This document shows positions 12,511-26,060 of a stretch of DNA of 64,000 nt, one piece after another. The position numbers and the translations under genes are program-made. The DNA is taken from the NCBI GenBank assembly GCA_038087875.1, contig CM075992.1, positions 12,650,001 through 12,714,000 of the forward strand, written 5' to 3'. Position 1 is the stretch's first letter, and each line of letters opens with the position of its first letter. Origin of the DNA: Malacoraja senta (taxonomy: Eukaryota). The notes beneath the pieces were generated by a model. The model saw nothing but the letters and a program-made list of their open reading frames with translations. It did not search any database and was not told where the DNA came from.

Positions 12511-13084
12511 ATCTTCTGGATCAGGAGGATTACAGATCCTCTCCATTTGCCTCGGTGTATGCAACCCCTAGAACTCTCACCAATCCGGAAGCCACAAACC
12601 TGTCAGACACTGACCAAGTCCAACAATGTAGGGTTGATATTCCTCAACTTGACATTTGATGGTATCACTATTACTGTCTTCTCTGCACCTTTTCCAGGCA
12701 ACTGGCATCTTTCTCAATAACAGGGTGACCAAAATGAAACATAGTATTACAATATGTCCAGGGCCTCCTCCATTACAAGAGTGAGGCCACATGCATACTG
12801 GAGGAACAGCACTGAATATTTGTCACTGCTAAGTTACTCCATCACTTTGTGTCTTTTTTTGAGATTAATGTTTCACGAGATAGAGCTGCCAGAGGACGTT
12901 ACAGAAACAATGACTCCTTCTAATAGATACTTGGACAGCTATTTGGCTATGGTGGGTTTAAGGATAAAGTGGGGCATCTGGTAAAGCTGCTCCCTCACAG
13001 CACCAGAAGACCGTGTGCGTTTCGTGCAGAAGCTTTGGTGTTCACCCACATCCCAAAGATGTGTGGATTTGTAGGTTAATTGCT

Positions 13085-13310
13085 TTATGGAATTCCCTGC
13101 CACAGAAGGCAGTGGAGGCAGTGGATGGATTTAAGAGAGAGTTAGATAGAGCTCTAGGGGCTAGTGGAGTCAAGGGATATGGGGAGAAGGCAGGCACGGG
13201 TTATTGATACGGGACGATCAGCCATGATCACAATGAATGGTGGTGCTCGCTCAAAGGGCTGAATGGCCTCCTCCTGCACCGATTTTCTATGTTTCTATGT
13301 TTCTATGTTT
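13085..13310 (+). mobile_element. CR1 LINE 3' end fragment nested in a SINE
   Basis: LWNSLPQKAVEA..FKRELD peptide, CR1 3' UTR and (tttctatg)n tail. Confidence 0.8.
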
Positions 13311-14317
13311 AAATTACCCCTAATATGTAGCGAGTGGATGAGAAACTGGTAAAACATAGGACATGTGTGAGCGGGTGATTGATGAAAGTCATGGGTTCGG
13401 TTGGCCAAAGGGCCTGTTTCCATGCTGTATCACTAAACTAAATGTGTTTGGCCCAAGTGCAGGCAAATGAGAATAACCTAGTCTGCAATCTTGGTCGGAT
13501 GCACATGATGGGCCAAAGGGCTTGTTTCCATGCACAATATGTAATCACGTCATATGCCACAGAAACAGGCCCTTCGGCCCAACTTGCCTATGCCGATCAA
13601 GATGCCCCAGCTACACTAGTCCCACCTCCCTGCATTTGGTCCGTATCCCTCTAAACTCTTCCCATCCATGTGGCTGTCCAAATATGTTTTCAATGTTGTT
13701 ATATCAACTGTTTCAACAACCACTTTTGGCTGGTCATTCCATACACACCATTCTTAGTGTGCAAAAGTGGGCCCCTCAGGTTGCTGTGAAATCTTTCCCC
13801 TCTCACTTTAAACCTATGTCTATGAAGCTATGAAACAATGAAGAACTCTAATTCTTCATTCCCCCACTCTGGGTAAAAGTATACATTCACCCTATCTATT
13901 CCCTTCATGACTTTATACACCTCGACAAGATCACCCCACAGGTCAAGGAATATAGTCCTAGCCTGCCCAACCTCTCCCTATTGCTCACGTCCTTGAATCA
14001 TGGCAACATCCTTGTAAATCTTCTTTGCACTCTTTCCAGCTTAACATCCTTCCTATAACAGGGTGACCAAAACTGAACAGAATACTCCAATTGCAGCCTC
14101 ACCAACATCGTGTATAACTGTAATATAACATCCTAACTTGCAGGGTTTTTGACTCTGTATGCGTTATTCAACACTCACCATATCCTAAGGTTCTTCCAGC
14201 CAATTGTCACTTTAGTAGAGCAGGAATCCAGCAGCCAGTTTGTCTATAGCTGGCATCACTGCAGGAGTGGGCAGACCATCTGTCTGAGCAGACTTGGTTG
14301 AGGATGATTATTGACCA

Positions 14318-14520
14318 GAAGGTAGACACAAAATGCTGCAGTAACTGAAGTGACGTTGCTGGACTTGACCCTTCTTCAGCCTGACATCGGTCTGAAGAAG
14401 GGTCTCGATTTGAAATGTCACCCATTCCTTCTCTCCAGAGATGCTCTCTGTCCCACTGAGTTACTCCAGCATTTTGTGTCTACCATCGATTTAAACCAGC
14501 ATCTGCAGTTCTTTCTTACA
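14318..14520. mobile_element. Head-to-head (inverted) pair of PLE terminal repeats
   Basis: gtagacacaaaatgctgcagtaact...cccttcttcag | ctgaagaaggg...gagttactccagcattttgtgtctac. Confidence 0.75.
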
Positions 14521-14966
14521 CAAATTATTGACCAGAACTTCATCCTGTGAGAATCCAGCATCTTTTTCGAAACCTGATTTAGGGCTTTGGCCTAAGAGTA
14601 GGGTGGCATCCCTGGCACTGTATTACTGCACTGTCGTACTGTGCTGGCATCGTTTATGTTTATATCTCTTGGACAAAACCTTGAATCCATACATTTCTAC
14701 AGCAGCAGTGGTAATATTGCGATGGTGGTAATATTGCGACCTAGCTAACCAGAGTTAACTGGACAGAGGCGCAAGAGGTTGGCAGGAAATGCAGGTACAA
14801 TGGACTTTACTAACTTTACCAAATCAAGGGTAGTTCCCTCAGCATGTATGGGTGATATGACATGGGCTGGGTACAAAATAGAATTTCCTTTACTCTGTCC
14901 CATAAATATTGCTCCATCAAGCAATCTCCGTGCAAAGACAACTCTGGTAGTAAATATGATTTTGAT

Positions 14967-16688
14967 TATTAGGGGGAACAAGGAAATGGCAGATGAGTTG
15001 AACAGGTACTTTGCATCTGTCTTCACTAAGGCAGACACAAACAATCTTTCTGATATAGTAGTGGCCAGAGGAAATGAAGGAAATCCACATTAGGCAGGAA
15101 ATGGTGTTGGATAGGGACTGATGGCTGATAAATCCCCAGGGCCTGAAGGTCTGCATCCCAGGGTACTTAAGGAAGTGGCTCTAGAAATCGTGGATGCATT
15201 GGTGATCATTTTCCAATGTTCTATAGATTCAGGATCAGTTCCTGTGGATTGGAGGGTAGCTAATGTTATCCCACTTTTTAAGAAAGGCGGGAGAGAGAAA
15301 ACGGGGAATTATAGACCATTTAGCCTGACATCGGTGGTGGGTAAGATGCTGGAGTCAATTATAAAAGATGAGATAGCCGCACATTTGGATAGCAGTAACA
15401 GGATCAGTCCGAGTCAGCATGGATTTACGAAGGGGAAATCATGATTGACTAATCTTCTGGAATTTTTTGAAGATGTAACTAGGAAAATGGACAAGGGAGT
15501 GCCTGTGGATGTAGTGTACCTGGACTTTCAGAAAGCATTTGATAAGGTCCCACATAGGAGATTAGTGGACAAAATTAGGGCAGATGTTATTGGGTGTAGA
15601 GTGCTGACATGGAGTGGTTGGCAGACAGGCAACACAGAATGGCAGGCAGTGACTAGTGGGGTACCGCAAGGGTCGATGCTGGGACCGCAGCTATTTACAA
15701 TATAAATCAACGATTTGGATGAAGGGATTCAAAGTAACATTAGCAAATTTGCAGATGACACAAAGCTGGGTAGCAGTGTGAACTGTGAGGATGATTCTAT
15801 GAGAATGCAGGGTGACTTAGACAGGTTGGGTGAGTGGACAGATGCATGGCAGATGAAGTTTAATGCGGATATATGTGAGGTTATCCACTTTGGTAGCAAA
15901 AACAGGAAGGCAGATTACTATCTAAATTGCGTCAAGTTGGGAAAAGGGGAAGTACAACGGGATCTGGGGTGACCTTGTACATCAGTCTATGAAAGTAAGC
16001 ATGCAGGTACAGCAGGCAGTGAAGAAAGCGAATGGCATGTTGGCCTTTATAACAAGAGGAATCGAATATAGGAGCAAAGAGGTCCTTCTGCAGTTGTACA
16101 GAGCCCCAGTGAGACCACATCTGGTGTATTGTGTGCAGTTTTGGTCCCCTAATTTGAGGAAGGACATTCTTACTATTGAGGGAGTGCAGCGTAGGTTTAC
16201 AAGGTTAATTCCCGGGATGGCGGGACTGTCATATGCTGAGAGAATGGAGCAGCTGGGCTTGTACACTCTGGAGTTTAGATGGATGAGAGGGGATCTCATT
16301 GAATCATATAAGATTGTTAAGGGCTTGGACACGCTAGAGGCAGAAAAACATGTTCCCGATGTTGGGGGAGTCCAGAACAAGGGGAGACAGTTTAAGAATA
16401 AGGAGTAAGCCATTTAGAACGGAGACGAGGAAACACTTTTTCTCACAGAGATTGGCGAGTCTGTGGAATTCTCTGCCTCAGAGGGCGTTGGAGGCAGGTT
16501 CCCTGGATGCTTTCAAGAGAGAGCTAGATAGGGCTCTTAAAATTAGCGGAGTCAGGGGATATGGGGAGAAGGCAGGAACGGGGTACTGATTGGGGATGAT
16601 CAGACATGATCACATTGAATGGCGGTGCTGGCTCGAAGGGTCAAATGGCCTACTCCTGCACCTATTGTCTATTGTCTATTGTCTATTG
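14967..16688 (+). mobile_element. CR1 LINE, 5'-truncated (RT and C-terminus), subfamily A
   Basis: KSPGPEGLHP, NYRPFSLTS, QHGF, YLDFQKAFDKVPH, SGVPQGS, FADDTK; frameshifted; (ctattgt)n tail. Confidence 0.95.
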
Positions 16689-17699
16689 AAACCTACGCAG
16701 TAATATGAAGAACATGCAAACTACACACAGGCCGCACCTGACGTCATTGTGACACAGCAACTCTACCAACTGCACCATTTTGCTGCCCTCGGGTAAAGAC
16801 TTCACAAAACCCAAACTGGAAGCTCGGATTTCTTCCCGCATCACAAAGATGTGTAGATTTGTACATTAATGGCCCTCTGTACATTACCCTGAATGATTGG
16901 TGAATGATAGAATCTGGAGGGAGTTGGTGAGAATATGGGGAGAATTAAAATAAACGGGATTAATATTGGATTAGTGTTTGATGATTAGTGGACTCCTGTT
17001 ATTTTGTTCTGCACAGAACCACATGTATCTGCAATGCTCCCAGTGAGGTGTCATTGCTAAGGTACTGGTTACATGGCAGCAAGTTTGTCCAAGAGAGCTC
17101 TCAATGCACGAGGAAGCTTCACCATCTGAGCCTCCAGCTGATGGAGTATACTGCCACCTGGAAGGTAGAGTTTAGATTATTATCACATGTACAGATACAT
17201 GATAAAGGAAATAACGTTTATTGCATGATAATGTCTGATTAATGATAATCAGAGGTTCAATGAGACAAATAGTATCTCAGGACCGCTCACCAGTTCTAAC
17301 CATTTTAGTTTCTTGATAACAGCTGGGAAGAAAAAGTTCCAGACACAAAAAACTGCAGATGCTGTAACCTTCAACAAAACACTGTTTTGGAGGAATTCAT
17401 TGCAGCATCTGTGGGGGGATGGACAGGCGATGGTTTGGGGCAGGGCGCTTTTTCTATTTATAGAGTCACTCAGCACAGAAACAGGCCCTTCAGCTCAACT
17501 CGTCCATGTCGACCAAGGTGCCCCATCTAAGCTAATCCTATTTGCCCACATTTGGCCCATATTCCTCTAAACCTTTCCTATCCTTGTACGTATCCTCTTT
17601 CTATTCTGCTACTTACATGCAATAAAAGCCAACAGACATTAGCCTTCTTAACTGCTTACCTACTAGACCCAAATGCTAGCTCAGTGACATATGCAAGAA

Positions 17700-18350
17700 G
17701 CTTAGTTTTAGTTTAGTTTATTGTCAGGTGTACCATCGTACATGAAAAGCTTTTTGTTGCATGCTAACCAGTCAGCAAAAAGACTACCTATGATTACAAT
17801 CGATCCGTCCACTGGGTACAGATACAGGATAAAGGGAATAAGGTTTGTACATGGCAAAGTCCAACAAAGGTCGATTAATGATAATCTGAGCATCTCCAAT
17901 GAGGTAGATGGTAGCTCAGTAGGTGTCCAGTTGGTGATAGGATGGTTCAGTTGCCTGATAACAGCAGGGAATAAACTGACCCTGAATCTGGAGGTATGTG
18001 TTTTCCCCCTTTTACCTAATGGGAGATGGGAGAAGAGCGAGTGGTCTAGGTGAGACTTGTCCCATGGTGGCCTTGCAGAGGCAGCGTGGAAGTGTAGATG
18101 GAGACAATGGAAGGGAGGTTGGTTTGTGTGACGGTCTGGACTATGTCCACAATTCCCTGTAATTTCTTGCAGTCTTAGATGGAGCTGTTCCCAAACCGTG
18201 CTGTGATGCATCCCGATAGAATGCTTTTTGTAGCGCATCTGTAAAAGTTGGTGAGAGTTGTTGGGGACATGCTGAACTTCCTAAGCCTCCTAAGGAAGCA
18301 GAGGTGTTGAAGTGCTTTCTTGGCCATTGCTTTGCTGTGGCTACTCCAAG
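17700..18350 (-). mobile_element. Rex1/Babar-like LINE 3' fragment
   Basis: Remnant motifs WFGNSS and HSLFSHLPLGKR..TSRFRVSLFPAVIRQLN; (ctaaa)n tail. A related + strand fragment lies at ~27160-27640. Confidence 0.6.
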
Positions 18351-18889
18351 ACAGGTTGCTGATTTACTCTTAGGAACTTGAAGCATTATGAAGTGAAATT
18401 GAGGACTGTTTATTTGAGATCCCACACCACCAGGGCTACAGAACAGGGCAGGTATCTAGCCCAATGTCTGTTGTTCAACTACTAACAGATTATAAGGTGG
18501 ATATTCAATGGTTCAATTGTTAGTTTATTGTTCACGTGCAAATACCGCAGCCGACCTTGAGGATTGATAGGCCAGACCTCCGTTCCCTCTCCCCTCCTAA
18601 CATCCTTGCACCTCACCCGTCACGTCCGTCGTCATCACCAGCTCCATCCTCTCTGTCTCTGGTCCATGGGGGATGAGCAGGGGACAGCTCGACAGGGTCC
18701 CCCTTCCAGGCCACAGTTCACCAGGCCACCAATCAAGGGCCGGCTCGGTGGCTTCCTCCTGCCGGGTCTTGTGCTCAGCTGAGGAAAGGCTGAGGCCATC
18801 TGGGAGTTTGTGCTGCGTGTCACTGTGGATGTCACTGGCATGGCAACATCAGTTTTCCTTCACTACCTGCCCCTGAACCTAGGAAGCAT

Positions 18890-19610
18890 GTAAGTTCAAT
18901 TTCAAGTTCAATATCAAGTTCACAGTTATTGTCACATGTGCCAATTAAGGCACAGTGATATTTGAGTTACCATACAGTCATAATAAGTGAAAAACAAAAA
19001 TACACACAGCACATAAAGTAAAGTTTAACATAAACATCCACCACAGTGGAATCAATATTCCTCACTGTGATGGAAGGCAATAAAGTTCAGTCATCTTCCT
19101 CCTTTGTTCACCCGTGATCGGGGCTGAACCCTCCGCACTTGCTGCTGCCGACAGTCCGCTGCTCAAGCCCTCTCGTCGGGATGATGGAAACTCCGGCATC
19201 AGGATCGATCGGAACACTCCGCGGCATGGAGCTCCCGAGTCGGCCTCTTCTTACCGGAGACCGCTTCACAGGCACCGCGGTCGGAGCTCCTTCACTGGCG
19301 ATCCTCGGCAAAGGATCCCAGTCTCCGCGATGGTAAGTCGCGGCTTGAAGCGCCGAGACGGAATCCAGGACGTGCACCACTCCACGTTGTTAGGCCGCAG
19401 GGGGGAACGGTGAAGTGACACGGAGAAAAATTGCATCTCTGTCGAGGTAAGTGACTGGAAAATGTTTCCCCCTCCCCCACCACCCACCCCCCCCACATAA
19501 GACATACCAAGAAACATTAAAACAACCATTCAAGACATACTTAAAATAATGAAACAGAGAAGTGGATGTAGAGACTGTTGGCGAGGCAGCCACAACGGTG
19601 GCGCCACCCG
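18890..19610 (-). mobile_element. GC-rich non-autonomous retroelement with microsatellite tail (family also at 23944 and 40445)
   Basis: Shared layout: GC-rich head, T-rich tract, G-run, CpG-rich body, gccttccatcacagtg hairpin, gtgacaataa plus (ttgaa)-like tail. Confidence 0.6.
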
Positions 19611-20189
19611 ATGGATAAGTGTTGTGCACATTACTGTGGGTATGAGTTCATAAACCCAGCCCAGGTCACAAGAGCAGATTCCTTCCTGAAGAAGGTTGGT
19701 GAACCAGTCTCGACCTGAAACGTCGCCTATTCCTTTTCTCGAGAGATGCTATCTGACCTGCTGAGTTACTCCTGCTTTTTGTGTCCATCTTCGGTTTAAA
19801 CCAGCATCTGCCGTTCCTACCTACACATCAAAATAAGCATCATTGTTTAAAATGAACTTTGTTATAGATCCTTTGAGACATCCAGCGCCAGTGATCACTC
19901 AAAGAAACCAAAGATTGCTCTTTTTAATTTTGTGGCCATTATGTTTGAGGTGATTTCTTGACTTCTCCCCCCTGCACACTATTCCACCTCAGCTTTACCC
20001 ACTTGCACTGAAGAGCCCTTCCTACCCCCGACAACAATCGAATTATCTTTACTGCAGATTGAGTATATTTAGGATGCAGGTGCTGGGATTGATGACGATG
20101 GCTAATTATGGGTTGGAGAGTCAGCCTCCCTGGCCACTGATCTCTGTGAAATGAAGGTTCTACCACAGTAGAATTTCCAGGACATCATT

Positions 20190-21321
20190 GAATGACTGAG
20201 GTTATGCTTCCCATTGGAGATAGGATGTGGATTGGCATACCGGAAGCAACGAGTAGGAGTGAACAGGTCCTTTTCAGAAGGGCAGGCAGTGGCGAGTGGA
20301 GTGCCGCAAGGCTCGGTGTTGGGGCTGCAACTGTTTACCATATATTAATGATTTGGAAGAGGGAATTAGGAGCAACACTAGCAAGTTTGCGGATGACACA
20401 AAGCTGGGTGGCAGTGTGAGCTGTGAAGAGGATGTTAGGAGGTTGCAGGGTGACCTGGACAGGTTGAGTGAGTGGGCAGATGTGTGGCAGATGCAGTATA
20501 ATATAGATAAATGTGAGGTTATCCACTTTGACAGCAAAAACAAGGGGGCAGATTATTATCTCAATGGGGTTAGGTTAGGTAAGGGTGAGGTGCAGCGAGA
20601 CCTGGGCGTCCTTGTACACCGGTCACTGAAAGTTGGCTTACAGGTACAGCAGGCAGTGAAGAAAGCTAATGGAATGTTGGCCTTCATAACAAGAGGATTT
20701 CAGTATAGGAGTAAAGAGATTCTTCTGCAGTTGTATAGGGCTATGGTGGGACCACATCTGGAGTATTGTGTACAGTTTTGGTCTCCTAATTTGAGGAAGG
20801 ACATCCTTGAGATTGAAGCAGTGCAGCGTAGGTTCACGAGATTGATCCCTGGGATGGCGGGACTGTCATATGAGGAAATTGAAAAGACTAGGCTTGTATT
20901 CACTGGAGTTTAGAAGGATGAGGGGGAATCTTATCGAAACATATACAATTATAAAAGGACTGGACGAGCTAGATGCAGGAAAAATGTTCCCAATGTTGGG
21001 CGAGTCCAGAACCAGGGGCCATAGTCTTAGAATAAAGGGGAGGTCATTTAAGACTGAGGTGAGAAAAAACGTTTTCACTCAGAGAGTTGTGAATTTATGG
21101 AATTCCCTGCCACAGAGGGCAGTGGAGGCCGTCACTGGATGGATTTAAGAGAGAGTTAGATAGAGCTCAAGGGCTAGTGGAGTCAAGGGATATGGGGAGA
21201 AGGCAGGCACGGGTTATTGATAGGGGACGATCAGCCATGATCACAATGAATGGTGGTTGCTGGCTCGAAGGGCCGAATGGCCTCCTCCTGCACCTAATTT
21301 CTATGTTTCCATGTTTCTATG
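20190..21321 (+). mobile_element. CR1 LINE, 5'-truncated, subfamily B
   Basis: SGVPQGS, FADDTK, PHLEYCVQFWSP, LWNSLPQ; (tttctatg)n tail. Confidence 0.95.
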
Positions 21322-22102
21322 ATGTGACTTGGAGGGGAATGAAGATGGTGGCATCCCCACTGAACCATGCATCTAGGGAGCTCAGGAGCACAGAGACACA
21401 TGGGATAGAGGTTTGATCCATTCCTTGGCACTGACTGCGTGGAGTTTGCACATTCTCCCTATGACTATATAGGCTTCTTCCGTTGTTTCAGTTTCCTCCC
21501 ACACCACAAAGATGTGTAGATCGGTAGATTATTTGGCTACTATACAATTGTCTTCAGTGTGCGGGTGAAAGGTAGAATCTGAGGGGAGTTAGCTTTAAGT
21601 CTAGGTTTATTATTGTCGCGTGTACTGAAGTGAAAAACTTTGTTTTGCTCTTTCAAATAAGAATATATTGTACATAAACCCTATCTTGCCAAACACAAGC
21701 ACAATAGGTAGAGTGAAGAGAAAGATACAGAATGCAGAAAAAAGTTCTCAGCAATGTAGCGCCACAGTTTAGGAAACAAAGTCCAATATCCGCAATGGGG
21801 TACAGGTGAATTATGGAAGGACCATTCAGAAGCCTGATAATAGAGAGGAAGAGGCGGTTCCTGAGTCTGGTGATGTGCATTTTCAAGATTCTGTATCTTA
21901 TACCTGTCAGGAGTGGGAGAAGGCGGAATGACCAAGATGGTGTCAAAGTCTGGACCCATAATAAGACTCAAGGACTCAAATCATTAATCATCAACAGTTG
22001 GTTTATTTTACTTGCACATGGGGAGATGCGTCTCAGTCAAAGGCTGTGATCACATCTCCAATAATAGTTGACAACAACAGGAAATGTATACACCAAGACG
22101 AT

Positions 22103-22445
22103 TACCTCCCATTCCGAATCGGACCTTTCTGTCCTGGGCCTCCTCCATGGCCAGAGTGAGGACCACCATAAATTGGAGGAGCAGCACCTCATATTTCGCT
22201 TGGGCAGTTTGCATCCCAGCGGTATGAACATTGACTTCTCTAATTTCAGGTAGTCCTTACTTTTTCCTCCCCTTCTCAGCTCTCCCTCAGCTCACTGGCT
22301 CCACCTCTTCCTTTCTTCTTTCCCCCCCCCCCACCCCACCCTCACATCAGTCTGAAGAAGGATTTAGACCCGAAACGTTGCCTATTTCCTTCGCTCCATA
22401 GATGCTGCCTCACCCGCTGAGTTTCTCCAGTATTTTTGTCTACCA
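22103..22445 (+). mobile_element. PLE 3' fragment
   Basis: SHSESDLSVLGLLH..KLEEQHLIFRLGSLHPSGMN; hammerhead-like core at 22352. Confidence 0.85.
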
Positions 22446-23943
22446 CTGACTATTGATGATGTTAAGTAGATCAATGTGTGTTAATCATCAGGTCTGCACG
22501 GAATACACAACAAAGACAACCTTTTTTAAGTTTATAAGAAATTTTAATTTTTTAATTTTTACAAATATTTTTATTAGAAGCAGTGTACAGTAGTATAAAC
22601 CGTGACATATGACAAAATACGTTTATTGTACATCTTCCATTTTAATTTTGACAAAAATGAAATAAAAAAAAGAGAAAGAGCAAGAAAGAGAGAAAGTGAA
22701 AGAGAGAGTGAATGTGTAAAAATAGAACCCCTAAACTACCAAAGAATGTAGTCACAAAGTGAGTAAGTTAAAACTTTAAAAAAATAAAAAGACAAAAACG
22801 AAAATTAATTTTTTTTAAAAACCAAAACGTGTTGATATACCTGCTTCATTTCTCACCACACCCATCACCCTGTCCGTAAATCGGTTTAATTCCAAAGTTG
22901 TGTGGCACCATACTATCCTTGTAATGAATTAATGAAAGGAGACCATATCTTTGAAAATTGGTCTGATTTTCCTGCTAAGACGAGTCTCATATCTTCAAGA
23001 TGTAGCGTCTCAGACATGCTTGTAATCCACATTTTAAAAGTTGGGGTAGATGCATTTTTCCAAAATTTAAGTATACATGTTTTTGCCATTATCAGGCCAT
23101 AATTGAGAAAACCTCTTTGAAATATTGATAGCTCAGAGCAGGCTCCTGTTATTCCAAAAATAATCAATTCTGCATAGGGGTCCAGTTTTGTTTTTAATAA
23201 TTTTGAGAAGATTTCAAAGATTCCTTTCCAAAATGTATGGAGTTTTATGCAAGAGGCAAAGGGGTGTGTTATAGTTGCTTCTTGTGATAGACATTTGTCG
23301 CAGATAGGAGATACATTTGGAAACATTTTGTTCAGTTTAGTTTTTGAGTAATATAGTCTGTGTAGTATTTTAAATTAGATTAGAATATGTCTTACATTAA
23401 TCGAACAATTATGTATATATAGGAGATATTTTTTCCCATCTGTCTTTGGGGATTTTTCGGCTTAATTCCTGTTCCCACTCTCTTCTAATTACATCTGACG
23501 ATGGAATTTCTATATTTAGAAGGATATTGTACAAGTATGATATTAAATTATTTGACTGCGTTTCTATTCATACCTGCATCTAATATATCTGGCAACAGAG
23601 TTTCGTATTCGTGGGTATATGTTTTCAAATAATCTCCAATTTGAAGATATCTAAAATATTGATTACCTTCCAGACTGTATTTCGACTGTAATTTCTGGAA
23701 TGATAAGAGGTTTCCCATTTCGTACAAATCTCCAACCTTTTTAATTCCTAGTCTTTCCCAATTAATAAACGTTTTATCTATAATAGATGGTTTGAACGAC
23801 GGGTTATTAGTTATTGGAGAAAGAAGAGATAGATTTCTTATGAATAATCGGGTTTTTCTTGTATATTGTGTTCTTCAACTTTATTGGGAAGAGAACGATC
23901 GCGCCTATATTAAAAGGCGAGCAATCCTCTCTCTCCATTACTA

Positions 23944-24894
23944 ATGGATAGGAGCAGGCGCTGCCTGAACGGCTGCCTGTCCTGCAGCTGTCTGTTTTTT
24001 CCCCTTCTTTTTTATTATTTTTAGTACGTTGAGGGTGCAGTCAGGGGGCCTAATCTTTTTATGTGTGGGGGGTGGTGGGGGGGGGAGGGGGAAACTGCTT
24101 TTCGAGTCCCTACCTGGTCGGAGGGGTTGCCTTCCTCCGAGCAGCGCCTTCGACCCGTCCTCGCGGCCTACCAGCGGGGCCTGGAGCAGCGCTTCCTGAG
24201 GGGACCTGGCCAGAACCTCGGCTTCGGCGGCGGCACAGCACTGGAGCGCTATCGCGGAGTGGGCGATGCCTTGTCTGGGTCGCCATGCTGGAACTCCGGT
24301 ATGTTGGGACCGCCGATAAAAACATCGCGGAGCCGCGGGTCTGTGGAGCGGCCAGCTGCGGGGACCGACGATGGAAACATCGCGGAGCCGCGGGTCTGTG
24401 GAGCGGCCAGCTGCGGGGACCGCCGATAAAAACATCGCGGAGCCGCGGGTCTGTGGAGCGGTAGCGCTGACTTTAACATCGCGGAGCCTGGGATCTCTCG
24501 CCGAGATCGCCAGTATGTGGAGCTCAGTCCAGAGCGGCCTGTTGGCTTGGAAGCCGCGGTCTCCGGTAAGAAGGCGGCCGTTGCTGGCACCCCAAGCCGC
24601 TGAGAGGGTTCTCCCGACGCCGGAGTACCATCACCCGGCGAGAACGGCCAGGAACATCGAGCCTCCGTAGCGGCGACTGTGGAAGCCTCAATAGGCCCGA
24701 CTATGGGTGGACATGGGGATGGGGACTGGATTTGTGCCTTCCCCCACAGTGGGAACCATTGTGGGGGGATGTTTTTATGTTTTAATGTTAAACTTCTTTA
24801 ATGCTATGTTGTATTTTTATTAGTGTGCTGCAAGGACATCTGAATTGCCCCTGAATAAGGGGATTAATAAAGTAAAAATCAATCAATCAATCAA
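23944..24894 (+). mobile_element. GC-rich non-autonomous retroelement with (TCAA)n tail, inserted in L1
   Basis: Interrupts L1 sequence ctctccattacta|accaatctacc; aataaa followed by (atca)n at the 3' end. Confidence 0.75.
24306..24490 (+). repeat. 55-bp CpG-rich tandem repeat, ~3 units
   Basis: gggaccgccgataaaaacatcgcggagccgcgggtctgtggagcggccagctgcg starts at 24306, 24361 and 24416. Confidence 0.95.
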
Positions 24895-25464
24895 TAACCA
24901 ATCTACCTGTTGACCTGAATTATCCAGCCAGAAAATTCCATTTTTAATATTCGCTGCCCAATAATAGTACAAGAAATTGGGGAGCGCCAATCCACCGATT
25001 ACTTTGGGTTTACATAGATATCGTCTATGAATTCTATGTGATTTATAATCCCAAATAAAATTTGTAATCCGGGAATCAAGTTAAAAAAATTTAGGTAAAT
25101 ATATCGGTATTGATTGAAATAGATAGAGAATTTGTGGGACGACTTTTAATGGTCTGGACGTAATGCACACAGACGACAATTTCTGTAGATCAATGTGTGA
25201 ATTGCATTGCTGAGATTGCATCAATCACCCAGGTTGCACAATATTGTGCCAAGTATCCCATTAGGCTTTGCAATACCAAAGGTTTTACTTATACAGCGGG
25301 CCAAGTCTGATTATGAATGTTGCGTTTTTGAGACAGCATGAAGTGTAGATGGAGTCAGTGATGGGAAGTGTAGGCGAAGATTGAAAGGTGAAGTGTAGGC
25401 GAAGTGTAAGGCGAAGTGTAGAAGAAGGATTGGGCTACTTCCATAATTCTGCATAATATCTTGT

Positions 25465-26060
25465 AGATAGACACAAAAAGCTGGAGTTACTCAGTGGGAC
25501 AGGCAGCATCTCTAGAGAGAAGGAATGGGTGACGTTTTTGGTCAAGACCCTTCTTCAGACTGGTTAGGGATAAGGGAAACGAGAGATATAAACGATGATG
25601 TAGAGAGATAAAGAACAATGAATAAAAGATATGCAAAAAAGTAACGATGATAAAGGAAACAGGCTATTGTTAGCTGTTTGTAGGGTGAAAACGAGAACCT
25701 AGTGAGACTTGGGTGGGGGAGGGATAGAGAGAGAGGGAATGCTGGGGCTACCTGAAGTGCGAGAAATCAATATTCATACCACTGTAAGTTGCCCAAGCGA
25801 AATATAAGATGCTGTTCCTCCAATTTGGTTTAGCCTCAATCTGACAATGGAGGAGATCTAGGACAGAAAGGTCTGTGTAGGAATGGGAAGGAGAATTAAA
25901 CTGTCCAGCAACCGGGAGATCAGGTAGGTTCAGGCGAGCTGAGCGAAGGTGTTCCGCGAAACGATCGCCCATTCGACATTTGCTCTTGCCGATGTAAAAG
26001 AGTCCGCATCTTGCACAACGGATACAGTAGATGAGGTTAGAGAAGGTGCAAGTGACCTCG
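25465..26060 (-). mobile_element. PLE 3' fragment (GIY-YIG plus terminal repeat)
   Basis: ORF 25748-26110 NLIYCIRCARCGLFYIGKSKCRMGDRFAEH. Confidence 0.85.

Larger units (their letters stand above)
22520..25140 (-). mobile_element. L1-clade LINE 3' fragment, interrupted by a GC-rich element
   Basis: ORF 22913-23326 (CDKC..ATITH..KMWI) and upstream ORF2 remnants. T-rich tail at the left end. L1 sequence resumes at ~24895. Confidence 0.9.

Noticed and set aside
24306..24490. CRISPR-like array
   Set aside because: Contiguous tandem units without unique spacers, no cas genes, eukaryotic context.
22466..25199. GTAGATCAATGTGTG on both sides of the L1 fragment as a TSD
   Set aside because: The copies lie 40-50 bp away from the L1 ends and look like part of a degenerate local repeat.
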